DNA from: a virus
Strand: one strand, 5' to 3'
IMG/VR virus record: IMGVR_UViG_3300045988_115635
Span: 41,405-105,404 of that record
Length of the DNA stretch: 64,000 nucleotides
Shown here: piece by piece, positions 38,709-49,495 of the stretch
Layout of the letters: each line of letters opens with the position of its first letter
How positions within the stretch are numbered: position 1 is the first letter of the stretch
Position numbers and translations under genes: made by a program
The notes under the pieces: model-generated
The model's input: the letters and a program-made list of their open reading frames with translations, nothing else
Told to the model about the DNA's origin: nothing
Databases searched by the model: none

Positions 38709-40016
38709 TTATTTAAGGTTCTTTTCTATCAATGCGATAACCCTCATTGTGTCAATCTTTCGTGCAAGGCGGTTATGCATTGCAACCCTATAAGCAAAGC
38801 CATTATCAATGTTATAACCCTCAAAGGTGAGGTCACGACCGAAAGATTCATAGTTAAAGTAGCTTTGAAGCGTGTCTGGGTCGAGATTCTCAACACCGCC
38901 AAAGGCTTCTACTACAGCATAACCCAAATCCTGTTCGTCATTTACATCTTCATAGTATTCAACATCATCAATCTCATTAGCAGCCTGTTCAAAACCAAGA
39001 TCATCAATCAAAGTCTGAATAAAGTCTTTGTCATAGCCGCTATTTTCAAAATCAGAAATGTACTCGTTTACCTCATGGGGGTCCATGTACTCAATATCAG
39101 CACCAGCACCAAAGGTTGTATCAGCAATCATTACTTCTTCGTAAAACTCGCCGTCTGGTCCTTCTTGTGCTCTTTCAATAGCTGCGTCAATATCACTGTC
39201 AGAAGTAGGCAATGTTACCCACTCACCATTTGTTGGGTCTTCTACCGCTCCAATAAAGATTTCCCAGTCGTCTCCATAAGCAATCTTGCGATTTGCCCAA
39301 CGCTTTAGACGTGCTTCACGGTTAAGTCGCAAAGCATTAGAAGGCTTAAAAGTCTTAGCTTCTTTCTTGTAAGAATCAAAAGCCTTACGGTCTAAAATCT
39401 TGCCTACAGCAAGCATAGCGGTCTTAGAACCCATAGAAGCAAGATGATGCATAACTTCATCATTGAGCTTTGCCTTTAGCTTACGCTCTGCAATACGGGT
39501 AGCTATCCACTCTGCCTTCTTTACTTCACTTTCATCTTTTCCAAGATCATCTTCTGCCGCCTGATCAAGATCCTTAATTTCAACAGCGGTATCAAATGAA
39601 TCATTATCTTGTGAAATATGCATTGGATTTTCAGGATGTGGCTCACCATGCATAGGCCCATGTGGCCCTTTTTCTCCATGAGGGCCTTTTTTGCAGTCAC
39701 AAGCTTTGCGTGAAGCCATTTTCATAGTTTCTTCTCCATTGTGAAGCTTTTCTGCATACGCTAATGCCTCATCAAAAGTGTCAAATTCTTTCCATTCAAG
39801 TGCTCCATAACCTGTCACCCGATAATTGTGTCCTGGTTTTGAGGAATAGGTAAGCTCTTGAATAAATAACTTATCTCCATTTGGACTTGTAAAATACCAA
39901 TCCTTATGAAGCTCACCATCAACATCTTTCTCTACATATTCAAGCCAATCTGGATATGTGTCAGCAAAACGATCCATAGCAGCGTGCATTCTGCTTACTT
40001 TTCTATTTAACTTCAT
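38709..40016 (-). CDS. Head-module hypothetical protein (435 aa)
   Basis: ORF; acidic C-terminal half; no motif. Confidence 0.4.
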   Translation of the reverse strand: MKLNRKVSRMHAAMDRFADTYPDWLEYVEKDVDGELHKDWYFTSPNGDKLFIQELTYSSKPGHNYRVTGYGALEWKEFDTFDEALAYAEKLHNGEETMKMASRKACDCKKGPHGEKGPHGPMHGEPHPENPMHISQDNDSFDTAVEIKDLDQAAEDDLGKDESEVKKAEWIATRIAERKLKAKLNDEVMHHLASMGSKTAMLAVGKILDRKAFDSYKKEAKTFKPSNALRLNREARLKRWANRKIAYGDDWEIFIGAVEDPTNGEWVTLPTSDSDIDAAIERAQEGPDGEFYEEVMIADTTFGAGADIEYMDPHEVNEYISDFENSGYDKDFIQTLIDDLGFEQAANEIDDVEYYEDVNDEQDLGYAVVEAFGGVENLDPDTLQSYFNYESFGRDLTFEGYNIDNGFAYRVAMHNRLARKIDTMRVIALIEKNLK

Positions 40017-40027
40017 ATCTCAATCCC

Positions 40028-40948
40028 CTACTCACCAAAAGTACAACCGCTAAAGTCGAACGTGTAGTTGTTACCATTAGTTTCAGTATCAGCATCAGAC
40101 TGATTCTTATACAGGGTTACTTGTGCGGTTGGAGCAGATTCAGATGTTACCCAAATAATAACAATAGCACCTGCGCCGTCTCCCGTTTGACCAAATACTA
40201 ATTGTTTATCTTCACCGCCCAAGGTGTGACGTGATAAAACAGCACCGTCTGTAGCTTCCATCTTAAATGGTACGTAATAGCCTGTTCTATCCTCTTCGTG
40301 AGAAGAAAAATCGGTCCAATCAGCAATATGGTTAATAGTACCAGTGAAAGAAACAGTAGTACCTTCTTGCTGTGCCTGAATACCAGTAGTCAAAGTTGAT
40401 AACTGCTTGCCTGCAAATTCTTCATCAGTAAAGGTTGGTACGGTTACAGTCATAGTTTCTAATACTGGTTCAGGGTCCTGTCCTACAGCGTTGCTTGGTA
40501 AACCTCCTACAACGATTGTTGCAGGCTTTACTTCTAACAACTGACAAACAGCTTCGCCTTCACCGCTACCGATGGTAAGCATACCGCTTTCGTCAGATTC
40601 AAGAATTACTACCGTGCCAGAAGCTAAAGTAGTCTTTGCAGCGTCCCAGTCAGCAGAAGCATTAATAACTTCACGCTGAACCTCAACCATAGCACCGCCG
40701 CCAAAGGCAAGAACTCCTACAGTTGGTACTTCAAACACATCATAGTTTCTATAGGTTGCAATAAGTCCTAAAGGGGCTTCTTCGCCTGTAGAAAGCGTTA
40801 CGCCGTTTTCACCCATGCAAGCAACCATACCAGGCTGAAAGTTTGCGCTTTCGTCTACCTTAAAGTCTCTAAAGGTCGCTTGAGTTTTGGTAAAAATCGG
40901 CTTTAACGGTCGTACTGTTGGTACGCCATTATTTGAAATAACAGCCAT
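40028..40948 (-). CDS. Head protein (306 aa), paralog of 34885..35394
   Basis: Shared N-terminal ~60 aa with the 169-aa protein (see that entry). Confidence 0.45.
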   Translation of the reverse strand: MAVISNNGVPTVRPLKPIFTKTQATFRDFKVDESANFQPGMVACMGENGVTLSTGEEAPLGLIATYRNYDVFEVPTVGVLAFGGGAMVEVQREVINASADWDAAKTTLASGTVVILESDESGMLTIGSGEGEAVCQLLEVKPATIVVGGLPSNAVGQDPEPVLETMTVTVPTFTDEEFAGKQLSTLTTGIQAQQEGTTVSFTGTINHIADWTDFSSHEEDRTGYYVPFKMEATDGAVLSRHTLGGEDKQLVFGQTGDGAGAIVIIWVTSESAPTAQVTLYKNQSDADTETNGNNYTFDFSGCTFGE

Positions 40949-40949
40949 T

Positions 40950-43220
40950 TTACAACTCCTTTAATCCACTTAATTTTAATAAGTTTGCGAGCGATGCAGA
41001 CCTTACGCAAACTCTGTTTGCAGCGATTTTGTAATCAATATCTTCTGCATATCCAAATTGAGAAAGATCATCAAAATCAATCGAAGAATCTAACTCAAAT
41101 GAACACTTGTAATTGGCGCGTTTTTCTTCTTCATCTTCTTTGCCTTCATTTGCATCTTCCTGAACATCTTCAATATCTTCTTCTTCAGAAAGATCATCAC
41201 GCAAATTATTATTTTCTTGCGCCTTTTCAGTATCAACATCACCAAAACCAGGGGCGTATTCTACGTATTCGCAAACATCGCAATACTGACCGTCAAAGTC
41301 TGGACTGCCACAAATAGGGCAAACTCTGTCGGTATCTTGCATATCAACTTCTTCTGGAATACGTCTCTTATTTACCATGTTATCGGCTGCTTTGTTAATT
41401 TCGTTCATGGTGTTTATGTAATTGATATTATCAGCAACTTCAGCAGCTAGTCGCTCGTCAAGATTGAGTTCGTCATAGAGAAATGATGCAAAATCTTCCC
41501 TGCCACCGTTAGACTTTAAGTAAGCTTCATTTTCTTCAAAAAGGATATAGTGTGGTCCACTAGGGACGTTAATAGTAAATGTATTATCGTTTAAATATCC
41601 AATAAGTTCGCAATCCTCGCCGCTTACTGAAAAATCAGAATCAACGAATGCATAGAAGCTAAAGCCAAAATCATAACCTTCATACGATGCGTTAGAGGTA
41701 AGTTCTACGTCATAACATTTCGTACCGTCATACATTTCTTGGTCGGTAACGGTATACTTTGTGTTTTGTACAAGTCCGTCAAATGAGGTTTGCAAAATTT
41801 CATGAGGTTTAATTAGGTCTACCCATTGAGACTGTTTTTCAAGTCTCTTTGTTCTAGTCATACCTGTTGTAGCAACCTTTGAAAAATCAATTTCTAATGC
41901 ATCTTCAACGTATTCTTGCCATTCTTTATAACAATCATTTACAGCCTGTGAAACCTCTGCAAAGGTCGTGTAATCATCTAAGTCTAATTCATAGGTATTA
42001 TCTTTATAATCATTATCAGTAGAATCATGACCAGATACCCTTACTTTGCAGTAACTAGGAATATCTTCATCATAAAGAATATCGGCTTGCTCACTTTCTA
42101 AGTCGAGTTCGTCCCATTCAATGTAGAAAGTTTCCCAGCTATCAGGTGCATAACTGTAATGAATATCAGGGTTATTAGGAGCATTTGATTCTACGTAATC
42201 TCCTAATTCACCTGTCTGCTCATAAGCAGGCTTCAAGTCAGAATCATCTGGATATTGTTCATCATAAACATCTTCATTTACTATATCGAGAGGACCGTAA
42301 TCTTCGTCATATTCGCATTCATCAACAACAGCAACATATTTCTTAGCAGGTGCTTTAAGCGGTCCTGCTTCGTAATAAAGTTCATCATCATGGTAACGAT
42401 CAGCGTAATTCCAAAAATCTTTGATACATTCTTTAGCTTCGTCAAGTGTTTCAAAGTAATCATCGTAGCCTTCTTGGCTAGAAGTAAAGGTTTCTTCTTC
42501 TTTTTCCGTACCGTTGTACTCAATAGTAGAAGGATAAAAGGTAACGGTAAAAACAGTATCTTGATCTTCTTGGGCGTGTTTCTTATTAGCTAACCTGGAC
42601 ACTTTAGCTTCTTTCTCTACAACTTTTGCGGTCGGGTCTGCTGGGTCATATACCCAAGATTCTTCGAAAAATTGTATGCCGTTGCAAATCTCGTAAGCAT
42701 ATTCACCATCGTATTTTTCGCTACCTTTTGTTTTGATATGGTTGCAAAAATCCGCTGGGCTTTCTGCAACATTGCCACAAACTGAACAGGTAGTGCTTTG
42801 GCAATTAAGCCCCATAGAAACAGTATCAATTTCACCACTACGGATATAGCCACAAAGTTTAGGAAACGTTTCCTCGTCCATCTCCATAAGAATTTCTATC
42901 CATTTATCGTTTGGGTCTTCTTTGTGATAGCAAGCATCAATAATAAAACCTCTAGCGCGGTCTAAATTACTGTTCTTGTGGTTTACATAAACAGGATCGC
43001 CGATAAAGGTCTTGTAAGCAGTCTTTAATTCGTCACCTGGCAACATATCCAAGTTAAGATTAGGAACATCAGCAGTACATGCTCGCACAGATACGTAAAG
43101 AAAGCCGTTGCCCCTATCATCGTAATTAAAAGAGCCTAAAGACTTTTTAGCGGCAACTTTGCCTAAAGTCTGTTCAGAACTTACAGCTACAACTTTTGCA
43201 TTGCTAACTTTAACGAACAT
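40950..43220 (-). CDS. Large head-module protein (756 aa): possible prohead protease-like N-terminal domain, acidic middle, C-terminal zinc ribbon
   Basis: The N-terminus LGSFNYDDRGNGFLYVSV…GDPVYVNHKNS…ARGFIID weakly resembles HK97-type prohead protease N-termini. CPICGSPDFDGQYCDVCEY zinc ribbon. Confidence 0.3.
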   Translation of the reverse strand: MFVKVSNAKVVAVSSEQTLGKVAAKKSLGSFNYDDRGNGFLYVSVRACTADVPNLNLDMLPGDELKTAYKTFIGDPVYVNHKNSNLDRARGFIIDACYHKEDPNDKWIEILMEMDEETFPKLCGYIRSGEIDTVSMGLNCQSTTCSVCGNVAESPADFCNHIKTKGSEKYDGEYAYEICNGIQFFEESWVYDPADPTAKVVEKEAKVSRLANKKHAQEDQDTVFTVTFYPSTIEYNGTEKEEETFTSSQEGYDDYFETLDEAKECIKDFWNYADRYHDDELYYEAGPLKAPAKKYVAVVDECEYDEDYGPLDIVNEDVYDEQYPDDSDLKPAYEQTGELGDYVESNAPNNPDIHYSYAPDSWETFYIEWDELDLESEQADILYDEDIPSYCKVRVSGHDSTDNDYKDNTYELDLDDYTTFAEVSQAVNDCYKEWQEYVEDALEIDFSKVATTGMTRTKRLEKQSQWVDLIKPHEILQTSFDGLVQNTKYTVTDQEMYDGTKCYDVELTSNASYEGYDFGFSFYAFVDSDFSVSGEDCELIGYLNDNTFTINVPSGPHYILFEENEAYLKSNGGREDFASFLYDELNLDERLAAEVADNINYINTMNEINKAADNMVNKRRIPEEVDMQDTDRVCPICGSPDFDGQYCDVCEYVEYAPGFGDVDTEKAQENNNLRDDLSEEEDIEDVQEDANEGKEDEEEKRANYKCSFELDSSIDFDDLSQFGYAEDIDYKIAANRVCVRSASLANLLKLSGLKEL

Positions 43221-43815
43221 GCCTACCTCTTTTGCTATCTCTTATTGAGATAATTGTACAAACAATTAAAGATATTTCTGTAAATATAATAAAGGTCATT
43301 TTTAAAATAAGAAACAGGGAAAGTTCTTTTGTCCCTATTAAGCCGCCGCTAATTAGCGAAATGATAGCTAATAAGATAATAGAGGTAGCAACAATATGAA
43401 GATCATCGACTATTGAGTAACGTATGCCCATTACTAAAAGCCCTGCGAAAACAATAAAAGCAGACGGCATAACAATACTATGAGGTGTAAAAGTCATGAA
43501 AGCACCAATCATAGACGACATAAAAACAAATACCGTCAATAGCATCATATCAACTGTTTTCCAACTTTTATTTGTTGCGCCTTTAAATAAAAGCACGCCA
43601 GAAAAGCCGTATATAAATAAGCTAGTTAAACGTGCAAAAGGGTTGTAGTCTCCAAAAATACCAACTACACCCGATGATGATGCCATACATAGCAAAGCAG
43701 CCGAAATATAACACATTCGGTTATCATCACACTTTTTGTAGCTTATGATTGATGCGATTAAGAAAAAGGAAAAGAATACGACAAAAGACAAATATATATA
43801 AAAATTATTATCCAT
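43210..43815 (-). CDS. Polytopic membrane protein (201 aa, at least 5 TM segments)
   Basis: Multiple 18-22-residue hydrophobic stretches; AT-rich codon usage compared with its neighbours. Confidence 0.4.
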   Translation of the reverse strand: MDNNFYIYLSFVVFFSFFLIASIISYKKCDDNRMCYISAALLCMASSSGVVGIFGDYNPFARLTSLFIYGFSGVLLFKGATNKSWKTVDMMLLTVFVFMSSMIGAFMTFTPHSIVMPSAFIVFAGLLVMGIRYSIVDDLHIVATSIILLAIISLISGGLIGTKELSLFLILKMTFIIFTEISLIVCTIISIRDSKRGRHVR

Positions 43816-44183
43816 TATGGTTTCCTCCCCTCGCTCTTATCGTCCCCCTTTTTATTAGTAATGGAAAATTTGTTTTCGAGAGAATTTATGATTTGCTCCA
43901 ATATCATAGGAGCAATTATAGCCGATGAAAAAGCGGTCCAAATTGACTGATCTACAATCACGCCAACTGCACCGCCTAATATCAAAGATGATAAGAAACC
44001 AAGATGAATGTACTTAGTACCATCTTCTTTCTTTTCGATGCTTAAAGGCATTTCTAAACAGCCGTCATTTACACAAAGGTCTCTGACAAATGCCCCGAAA
44101 GCACCTGCTAAAAATAAGAAGCAAGCCTGTTCGAAGCTATTTATCTCACTCATGTGTACAAGTGAGTTTATAAGCTCGTCCAA
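43815..44183 (-). CDS. Small membrane protein (2 TM; holin-like or antiholin-like)
   Basis: Hydrophobic helices FLFLAGAFGAFV and LGFLSSLILGGAVGVIV with a charged C-terminus; AT-rich. Confidence 0.35.
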   Translation of the reverse strand: MDELINSLVHMSEINSFEQACFLFLAGAFGAFVRDLCVNDGCLEMPLSIEKKEDGTKYIHLGFLSSLILGGAVGVIVDQSIWTAFSSAIIAPMILEQIINSLENKFSITNKKGDDKSEGRKP

Positions 44184-44198
44184 TGCTTGCCTCCTCTT

Positions 44199-45185
44199 TT
44201 AATAAAGGGAGGTGTCTTCTCCCTTAAATCTGTCATGATTCCTTGCAAGATGTCCTAATGCTTCATCTTGCAAGGCTTTTTGTTCTTGCAATGAGAAAAT
44301 TCTTGTCGCGCTTTTATTGTATCCATGTTTATTTTTTGTCGCTATCGACAAAGCAGTGCGATGTTCACCATCAGTAACGCACTTAATTTCATCAAAATCA
44401 ATTTCTTCTAAGTTATCGGCAATTTCTTTTTGCATGCTTTCGGGTACGCAAGTTTCAAGAAAATCTACCGCTTCAAGTCTTTCATCTTCATCTAGCGAAT
44501 ACAACCTTGCTACGGTCGCGTTAAATGCGAGTTCCTTAAAACAATCTGGACAAAGATCATTCATTACATCGCGTTCGCCAAACTTGCCACAGTTTGAGCA
44601 GAACCCTCTATCACTAAAAATTTGCATTGATGCCACCCTATCACCGAAAAATTCTTTACGTGCACGCGCCTTACTTTCTATAAGCGTTGCATATGCGTGA
44701 CTACACATACGACCTGTCCACCCGTCTCTACTGCCAAAGCCTGGGTTTCCGTCATGGTATTTTGCCCATTCGCAATCACACAAATAGCCTTGAATCCACC
44801 CGCCGTAGTTAGGTGATTTTGTCCACCCTCTACGTGCAAGAACTACATCGTAAGGACCACCCTTAGATACAGGGAATTTATCAGCTACTTGTGCACTCAT
44901 AACAGTAGCGTCTACTTCATCGCTATCATCTCTTTGTATAACTACACCGCCCGTAGCTACAATAGCTTCTGCTTTTGCTTTTACGTCTGCCCAAGCAGCG
45001 CGTTTTTCGATTGATGATGTTTTATCAAAAGCAACATCAACAACAGACAAAGAGCACTTAGTTATACGATCATCAGGTCGATCATATAAGCATTTTCCTA
45101 GTTTTACTTTTTCAGCTTTGCCGTCATGGTCAATGGTTTGTACGCACTGACCATTTTGGCAAAACATACAGTCACAATTATTCAT
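44199..45185 (-). CDS. SWIM-type zinc-finger protein (328 aa)
   Basis: LCDCEWAKYH…GRMCSHAYA matches CxCxnCxH (SWIM). Additional N-terminal CxxC pairs. Confidence 0.4.
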   Translation of the reverse strand: MNNCDCMFCQNGQCVQTIDHDGKAEKVKLGKCLYDRPDDRITKCSLSVVDVAFDKTSSIEKRAAWADVKAKAEAIVATGGVVIQRDDSDEVDATVMSAQVADKFPVSKGGPYDVVLARRGWTKSPNYGGWIQGYLCDCEWAKYHDGNPGFGSRDGWTGRMCSHAYATLIESKARARKEFFGDRVASMQIFSDRGFCSNCGKFGERDVMNDLCPDCFKELAFNATVARLYSLDEDERLEAVDFLETCVPESMQKEIADNLEEIDFDEIKCVTDGEHRTALSIATKNKHGYNKSATRIFSLQEQKALQDEALGHLARNHDRFKGEDTSLY

Positions 45186-47121
45186 CTTTAGACCTTATGC
45201 TATTCATACGTTTGCTAAAGTTTGCAACTCTCGTAACAACCATGCCTACATGTTTTTGGTTCCTTAAATCACTGTAGACGTTTTCCTCGGTTACGCTACC
45301 AGCCTTTGGCATATCCTCGCGTCTTTCGTCTGATTCCTCTGGTCTTGCCCCGTCTCCATATTCGTCAGAGTTTTCGTCAGAGTTTTCATCAATATCATCA
45401 ATATCTTCTATATCTGTAGAAGGTTCTTCTTTATCATCAGTCTTAGGAACGATAGCATCAATCAATTCTTTATCGTTTAGCGGTGGTATGCCATCTTTGA
45501 TGAATTTAGCAGTATCAGGCGGGACAGGAATACCTTGCTGAATACAAGATTCATAAATAGCCTTGTGTTCTTTAGCCTTCTGAATTTCAGAGTTAATTTT
45601 TTCTTGTGATGCCTGCTCTGCCGTTGATTGATAATCAATATCAGTACCAGTAAACAAATTCTGACGTGCAACAGGAATACCAGCCTTGTAAAGTTGCATA
45701 AGAAAATCGCGGGTTTTCTCGGTGGTATTAAAGTTAATGGTTTGCATCTTCAATTCGGGGTATAGAAGCTTTGGTACTTCTTTAATTACAAAGCCACCTT
45801 CACCATCATTAGCACTTTCGTCCCAAACTTCACGCCATTCATTTTTGTCAATCTTTACGCCACCTTTAATATCGTAGTCATAAATTTGATGTGCTTCTGC
45901 AACGAAAGCAGCCCTACGATTATAAAGTTCACATAAACATTTTTGATAACTTCTAAGCATCTGTGATGCTAGTTCAAACTCCATAGCAGACGTTGCGTAA
46001 GGACCACTTGCGGGTTTGAGGATAGAACTAGACAAACCCCATGCCATAAACAAACGATCATCATACATATCAATATCGTTCTTAAAGTTTGCCATTTTAT
46101 CCCCGCGGATAACCTCTTGAACATTTACGAACTGATTAGTAATCAATGCTCTAAAGTCAGAACTTAATGCTTGGTCTAATGTTGATCTGAAACTAGAAAT
46201 AGCTGCTGGGGTAGGAATGTAAGGTGTACCATCTGCTAAGTTTCCGCCTAAGCTAAACAAAAGCAAAGGTGCATACATTCTATCAGCTGTAGCAAGCATA
46301 GCTGATTGAAGTCTATCCTCTAGTCTAAGGGTATTCCAAGCACGCAAAGCAACGGGTGTACCGTGTAAGTCCCTTACGCTGTCTTTATTGGCTAAATGAA
46401 TGCATCTATCGGGTGATAAGATAATATCTTGACCGCTTCTAATGAGGTCTGCGAACTCTTTGTTTTCGTCTCTAAAGATTTTACCTGCTAAGTCGTTGCT
46501 TGATGCTACTTTTCTAGCGTCTTCACTAGGTACATACTTCAAAAGGTTTTGAGAGGTAAAAGGAATGCTAATAATTTGCATATCTCTGGGGTCGATTAGT
46601 TCTTCTTCTGTCCAAAGACCTAACTCATCGTCCCAGATGCCATTACAGAAAACCTCGCCGTATTTCCAATACTCACGACCAACATCAATCAAGTAATTTT
46701 CGTAATCTAGGTCGTCAAAGAAGATTTCACTAAAGAATTCTTCCACATCTTTGTTTTTGCACTCTAAATAAGCACCCGCAACAGGATAGCGTGAGTAAAC
46801 CTCCAAACAAGCACGCATAACGGGATTGGTTTTCATAATAACGTCAATACCGTCTAATAAATTGCGCCTTGATTCTTCATCATTATCAATATCAAGATAA
46901 TTGTTGTATCCGTAGCCGCGCGAACCGATTCTTTTTTGCATTGCAGGGTCAAAAACCCTAGGAACAGCATATTGAGAGCCACTATCGGTAAAAGATGAAT
47001 CTTTTTCAAAGCCGCCGCTTGCCAAAGGCTTTGCAGCTTCTACTTTTATTCTCAAACTATCAGCAGTACGCATATTTTTAGTATGCTGTGGTAATCTTAC
47101 GCTTGCTTGCTTATTTGCCAT
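45178..47121 (-). CDS. Portal protein (candidate)
   Basis: 647 aa with an acidic C-terminal tail, in the packaging/head-module junction. Assignment is by size and position only. Confidence 0.45.
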   Translation of the reverse strand: MANKQASVRLPQHTKNMRTADSLRIKVEAAKPLASGGFEKDSSFTDSGSQYAVPRVFDPAMQKRIGSRGYGYNNYLDIDNDEESRRNLLDGIDVIMKTNPVMRACLEVYSRYPVAGAYLECKNKDVEEFFSEIFFDDLDYENYLIDVGREYWKYGEVFCNGIWDDELGLWTEEELIDPRDMQIISIPFTSQNLLKYVPSEDARKVASSNDLAGKIFRDENKEFADLIRSGQDIILSPDRCIHLANKDSVRDLHGTPVALRAWNTLRLEDRLQSAMLATADRMYAPLLLFSLGGNLADGTPYIPTPAAISSFRSTLDQALSSDFRALITNQFVNVQEVIRGDKMANFKNDIDMYDDRLFMAWGLSSSILKPASGPYATSAMEFELASQMLRSYQKCLCELYNRRAAFVAEAHQIYDYDIKGGVKIDKNEWREVWDESANDGEGGFVIKEVPKLLYPELKMQTINFNTTEKTRDFLMQLYKAGIPVARQNLFTGTDIDYQSTAEQASQEKINSEIQKAKEHKAIYESCIQQGIPVPPDTAKFIKDGIPPLNDKELIDAIVPKTDDKEEPSTDIEDIDDIDENSDENSDEYGDGARPEESDERREDMPKAGSVTEENVYSDLRNQKHVGMVVTRVANFSKRMNSIRSKDE

Positions 47122-49495
47122 CTACTACACACCCAATTTCTCTGTAGCTGCTATTGGTACTCATGATATAAGGCTTATCTTCATAAGTTATTGTTGAGTT
47201 GGTCATAACAACTGTCGAATCTTCTAGTCTTAACGTATTCTTTCCCTCAATTATACATTCCTCAATGGAAAAATCTTCACACTGATAGATGTACACGCCT
47301 GTGTCTACTGCTTCGAAAGCATAGTAGAGTGTATTTGATAATTCTGATGTACTACCTTGCTGGTCTATTGCGCCAATTCTAAAAGCATTGGACTTAGAAG
47401 ACAAAGCAGTCTCCATAAATACAACTGTGCCAAAATCAGGTTTGCCAATAGTCCAATCTATAGCCGCTATGCCGTTAACATAGATTCTGTACTTGTAGTA
47501 AGTACCATCATCTGTCCAAGGAGCACCATCTGTAGAAGGCTGAAAAGCCAAAATAGCCTTTGTAGGGTCCTCGGGGGACTTTTGCACTGTTAAAAGTACA
47601 GGTGCCTTAATATGAGGAGGTTGATATTGGTATTCAACCGTTATAGGGTTGTTTTCCCAGTCGTTTACGGCAACTATGCTAAAGGTTGTATTGGCAATTT
47701 CGTACCAATCAGCAGCATACGTGTAATTTGTTTGCCCTGATACGTAATTTACTGTCCAAACATCGCTGTTTACACTATTTGTGATTCTAAATGAGGTCGG
47801 TATAGCAGAATCAGTAACAGGAATTGACCAACTTAACACTAATTTTGTTACATCTTGGTCGTTATAGTTGTTATCCTGCTCCGATCTAAACCAAGAAAAC
47901 GGTAAAGCAGGGCTTTCTAGCGTTAAAATTGAAGAATAATCAGAATAAAAGCCAGAAAGCGAACTATAAACCCTTGCACGAACCTTATATTCTATATATT
48001 GAGCGGTTAAAGCACCGTTAAATGACACCCAAGTATTACCATCAGTAGAATATTCGAGCAAAACGGTAGAAGAATAACGGTTATTCGAACTATTTTTAGC
48101 CGCTGCGGTCAAACTATCAGCATGGCGCGTACCTGTAGGAGTGTTTGGAGCATACAAAGTACCATATGCAACCATATTTGAGGTATTAGAAGAACCACCG
48201 CTACCGTAAGCCTGAATATAAACTGTTGCCGTTGTGCCTTTGATGTTTGAGGGCCATTGTAAGTTGTAAGTTAAGTTTGTACTTGCGCCTGAAACATTAG
48301 TAATAGTGCTTACAAGGCTATTATTTGCATAAATTCTAAAGCCTGTCCTAGGTTTTGATGCCGTAGGAGCATAGCAAGAGAATGTAACGGTAAAGCTAGT
48401 ATCAGTTACGTTTGATAACGAACAATTATAGGCTGGTTCAGGTGCTACCGCGCCGTTTGATAACGTTACTTTTAATACCGATGATGCAAAACCATCTAGT
48501 GTGTAGTTTGCAGTGCAAAAATCAGACTTATTTGTTCTGTTCCAAGCAGTATATGAGGAAACCTGGACTAATGAAAAAGTTTTAGTAGTATAGCCGCCTG
48601 TCTCACTCCACAAGCTTTGATTTGTGTAGCTTGTTACACCTGGGTTTAGCCTTGCTATCTGTGTAGCGTCAGTAGTTACAGGCTTACCATCTGTACCAAC
48701 AGTTACTGTACCTTCATAGATATAGGTATAGTAATCTGTCATTGCGTTGTTATTGGTCCAAGAAAAGCTTGCGCCAAATGTTGTTGATTCTTTTGCAGTA
48801 AAGCCGCTCGGGTCTGTAGGTGCTTGCAAAAGTAGGGTAGTACCTGATCTTTGTGAAGCACCCGATGCAGATACTGTTAAAACTCGCCTTGATATTACCG
48901 ATGCGTTTTTAGAGCCTGTATTAGTCCAAGGGTTAGCCGTTACGCTAGATGCCTGCGCCGCCCAACCAGGTGTAGCAGTATCGCTTGTAATTAGAGCGCG
49001 TTCAATATCAGTTCTATTTACTAACGCTTGCGCCGTGCTATTGGTGCTATAGCCTAAGCTTTCTTGATAGCCATTACTTGACGTATAAGAGGTAATAGTA
49101 GGTGCTGCTGGCGTTGTATAGGTTGCATTCCACGAAATAGAAGCACTGTTTGAAGCACTTGAAGTACCATTCCATGACTGCGTAGCAGTATAGTAGCAAG
49201 TAGCACTACCAGACGCATAGCCTACATTAAGAGTAAAGCTAACATCTTTGTTGTAATCTTGCCCTGAATTCCACTGTTCACCAATATCAACAGATGCTGA
49301 ACCGCCCCTGCTGGTAGACACACTAAAATAAACATGGTGATTTGATGCCCACCATGCATTTTGTATGCCCATACTATGACACCTGATAGTGATATTTACT
49401 TGCGAGCCGCTACGCCAATTTACCCAACCTTCAAAGCGAACTTGCGAGTAATATGTTTTAAGGGTCTGCCACCCCGTAGAAAAACTAGTCGCCAT
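47111..49495 (-). CDS. Ser/Thr-rich protein with fibronectin-III-like repeats (794 aa); adhesin/fibre-like
   Basis: Repeated …SFTVTFS…Y…V.A… beta-sandwich-like modules. Its start overlaps the stop of the upstream pectate-lyase-like ORF (ATGGCGACTAG). Confidence 0.45.
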   Translation of the reverse strand: MATSFSTGWQTLKTYYSQVRFEGWVNWRSGSQVNITIRCHSMGIQNAWWASNHHVYFSVSTSRGGSASVDIGEQWNSGQDYNKDVSFTLNVGYASGSATCYYTATQSWNGTSSASNSASISWNATYTTPAAPTITSYTSSNGYQESLGYSTNSTAQALVNRTDIERALITSDTATPGWAAQASSVTANPWTNTGSKNASVISRRVLTVSASGASQRSGTTLLLQAPTDPSGFTAKESTTFGASFSWTNNNAMTDYYTYIYEGTVTVGTDGKPVTTDATQIARLNPGVTSYTNQSLWSETGGYTTKTFSLVQVSSYTAWNRTNKSDFCTANYTLDGFASSVLKVTLSNGAVAPEPAYNCSLSNVTDTSFTVTFSCYAPTASKPRTGFRIYANNSLVSTITNVSGASTNLTYNLQWPSNIKGTTATVYIQAYGSGGSSNTSNMVAYGTLYAPNTPTGTRHADSLTAAAKNSSNNRYSSTVLLEYSTDGNTWVSFNGALTAQYIEYKVRARVYSSLSGFYSDYSSILTLESPALPFSWFRSEQDNNYNDQDVTKLVLSWSIPVTDSAIPTSFRITNSVNSDVWTVNYVSGQTNYTYAADWYEIANTTFSIVAVNDWENNPITVEYQYQPPHIKAPVLLTVQKSPEDPTKAILAFQPSTDGAPWTDDGTYYKYRIYVNGIAAIDWTIGKPDFGTVVFMETALSSKSNAFRIGAIDQQGSTSELSNTLYYAFEAVDTGVYIYQCEDFSIEECIIEGKNTLRLEDSTVVMTNSTITYEDKPYIMSTNSSYREIGCVVDGK

